Source of the DNA: Acidimicrobiales bacterium
GTDB lineage: Bacteria > Actinomycetota > Acidimicrobiia > Acidimicrobiales > Poriferisodalaceae
DNA: 64,000 nucleotides
Assembly (NCBI GenBank): GCA_965115995.1
Contig: OZ220472.1
Coordinates: 3,384,419-3,448,418 of the forward strand
Reading direction: 5' to 3'
The stretch is not shown here. Below: more notes on the stretch, generated by a model. That model saw nothing but the letters and a program-made list of their open reading frames with translations, was not told the DNA's origin and did no database searches. Numbering within the stretch: the first letter of the stretch is position 1.

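Noticed and set aside
13176-63185. The other long codon-aligned minus-strand ORFs (13176..15116, 15159..17327, 17499..18830, 20151..22373, 24249..27509, 33618..35462, 38985..40694, 42957..45683, 47181..51572, 52062..54395, 55998..59414, 59511..60896, 61020..63185)
   Set aside because: Same reason. They are antisense shadows with Arg/His/Gly-dominated junk translations (for example HRHRRRIVINQQDRQRRR). Their composition simply mirrors the local G- or C-richness of the sense strand.
33201-64000. Could the periodic repeats be a CRISPR array, IS copies or a tandem family of separate genes?
   Set aside because: The repeat units are 5.3-8.5 kb, not 25-40 bp. There are no short direct repeats alternating with unique spacers. 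No transposase ORF or terminal inverted repeats are present. All copies and all indels between copies keep a single reading frame, with no stops or start/SD signals at the junctions.
1584-64000. RTX / type I secretion adhesin (as for many giant Gram-negative repeat proteins)
   Set aside because: I saw no GGxGxD nonapeptide repeats in the 20,805 residues (YTDGGGNSE is part of the YxWQ module, not an RTX repeat). The protein has a cleavable-looking N-terminal signal peptide. The C-terminus, where a T1SS signal or a sortase/other anchor would lie, is outside the window, so this remains open.

Overview
High-GC bacterial DNA. Hand counts of single 60-nt lines give 68-70% G+C, with a few 50-55% patches. 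The main result is absent from the supplied ORF track. From ATG 1584 to the right edge (64000) the plus strand carries one uninterrupted reading frame, with codon starts at coordinates divisible by 3, bounded upstream by TAG 1569-1571. That is at least 20,805 codons (62.4 kb) of a single giant secreted-protein gene whose 3' end lies outside the window. The track only lists ORFs closed by a stop inside the window, so this frame is missing, and no listed + ORF after 1587 is in it. Every long minus-strand ORF in the track (up to 2475 aa) is an antisense shadow of this gene. The product starts with a Sec-type signal peptide followed by roughly 170-190 beta-sandwich modules. These include Calx-beta and Calx-beta-like repeats, six cadherin-repeat + YxW(Q/E) modules and one He_PIG (dystroglycan-type cadherin-like) domain. 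There are also six copies of a ~220-aa module that looks like a DUF1554/endostatin-type C-type-lectin-fold domain, plus several non-repetitive, lower-GC inserts. The 3' half (34-64 kb) holds four copies of a 5.3-8.5 kb in-frame super-repeat. Perfect matches reach 130 nt at 12 kb distance, copy identity is mosaic (gene-conversion-like), and the codon style is G/T-rich, unlike the C-rich 5' half. Upstream of the giant gene are four elements: the 5' end of a minus-strand membrane-protein gene (<1..292), a divergent promoter region, a small tail-anchored coiled-coil gene built from 33-bp tandem repeats (578..1129), and a 454-nt leader with a G14 homopolymer. No rRNA, tRNA, CRISPR array, transposase/integrase or phage gene was recognised. 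Domain boundaries come from hand translation and are approximate (+/- ~15 nt).
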